A DNA stretch of 62,230 bases, counting the filler, from Nemertoderma westbladi (Eukaryota > Animalia > Xenacoelomorpha), in NCBI GenBank assembly GCA_032718475.1. It is 3 parts of 3 records of this genome, joined end to end, with 100 filler letters (N's around TTAATTAATTAA, not from the genome) between each part and the next. Parts side by side here need not be neighbours in the genome. Positions count along the whole stretch, not along the records: positions 44,405 to 62,230 come from JAUCBJ010007558.1; 2 more parts are not named here. One strand, given 5' to 3'. The notes below the pieces were generated by a model. That model had not been told where the DNA came from, did not search any database, and saw nothing but the letters and a program-made list of their open reading frames with translations. The position numbers and the translations under genes were made by a program. Below, in pieces: positions 61,000 to 62,230 of the stretch. Position 1 is the first letter of the stretch, and each line of letters begins with the position of its first letter.

Positions 61000-61716
61000 A
61001 GAGTAGCAACAAACAGACGAAATGTAGCCGGACCGGAATATACTGATATAGGGGTAGGATATTCATCTACTGCCTTACTGCTGTACTGATCTAGGCCTAT
61101 ATCGGTACAGCAATACACTGCTGCACTGATACAGCTATTGGCTGATAGACCTAATCAAATACTGAAATAGCAGAGTTGCGAGTAGGTTCAAATTTCAAAT
61201 CGTAAGTTCTGAAGTTACAGTACCGTATACTGCTGTACTGGTATATACAGATATACCTAGCTGCCTAGGCGCTAGGCAGTCGGGGAGAAGTTCTATTTCA
61301 ACTGAGTTGAAATTTCAACTTTATTTTTTAAAATTCAACTTTTTATTAAATTCAACGCGGAGGCGGCTTTGTTCTAGTGTCAAGCTTGGGGGAACTATGA
61401 GACACCTCCAACTCCAATGTTATAGTATCTGCTGTCTGGTTGGAGATGTGTGCATTGTACTTGACACAGTGAACCTAATCAAAACAATTAGTCAATAAAC
61501 ATTAACTCAGTAACATAATAGGTTACAGTTAGCAGTAGTCTTAATTTTGCCATACGAAATACCACAGGTATGGGCCCTAGGTATGGGTATGGGTATGAAT
61601 GAACTATACAGCTACGGTATACCGGTAGTTATAATTAATTATATAATATATTAATATTATATTAATATATAATTAATAGAATTTGATACGATACGACTAA
61701 AGTTTACGCCAGTACA

Positions 61717-61935
61717 TAATCTTGTGCTTTGGCAGCCTCATGGAGTGAATAAGCATGGTGGACAGCCCATGACTTTCTTGAGACGCATCTTAAAGGACAA
61801 GTGGCCTTGAAGATGCGGATGATCTAGCAAATGTCATGGGTGATAGGGAGTTGTGGCGGCGCAATTTTGTCGACAAGCCGGCACAGCATTCTTAAAAATG
61901 CGACTGCAATGCAGCATGTCGATCCTAGTAGTAGT
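61717..61935 (+). mobile_element. RTE-clade LINE extreme 3' end with (TAG)n tail; last ~100 bp also present at about 56943-57045
   Basis: NLVLWQPHG..GQPMTFLRRILKD..DDLANVMGDRELWRRNFV. ATGTCATGGGTGATAGGGAGTTGTGGCGGCGC is identical in both places. Confidence 0.7.
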
Positions 61936-62230
61936 TACAGATAGTAAATAATTCAGAGTCTCATATTTTTAACACAGCTTTTCATCAGTCATTGTTAGGC
62001 TATAAAAGGACAACAAGCACAATTTCGACGATCGAAAGTCATGTTCTGATGTTCTACCACAGGGCCCAACGTCCAAGTGACGGTACTGGAATTCGGAATA
62101 CAACTATCTACTAAACTATCATTTCAGAACGTAACTATTCAGAACAGTTTTATGGTAGTGCTAAACTGAATTTAATTTATTAACAATTCTGAATCTCAAT
62201 ATACTCTAACACTTATCGTAGTACACGTCC

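Overview
AT-rich, repeat-dominated genomic DNA from an invertebrate animal. It consists of three contigs joined by two artificial 100-nt linkers (N44-TTAATTAATTAA-N44 at 19524-19623 and 44305-44404). Host genes: the first coding exon of an EML5/EML6-type WD40 protein (+, 18215-18779), a small spliced fibrinogen-related (FReD) gene (-, about 35073-36240) and an intronless MINDY3/FAM188A deubiquitinase (-, 48006-49379). Almost everything else is nested mobile DNA: LINE fragments (CR1/L2-like, RTE-like, RTE-X-like), one nearly full-length LINE split by a TTAA-flanked Kolobok-type MITE, a Penelope GIY-YIG remnant, a decayed DDE transposase, several TIR elements with target-site duplications, SINE/tRNA-like cassettes, minisatellites, and two divergent copies of an LTR element with no visible pol gene that carries orphan ORFs. 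The most striking signal is a roughly 100-nt Pol III-type cassette at 45951-46053 (-). In it a complete minimal type I hammerhead ribozyme sits between a tRNA A box and B box, where the anticodon arm would be, followed by a T6 terminator. A second minimal hammerhead lies at 34364-34405 (+). All calls were made by eye without database searches, and repeat boundaries are approximate unless a TSD is cited.
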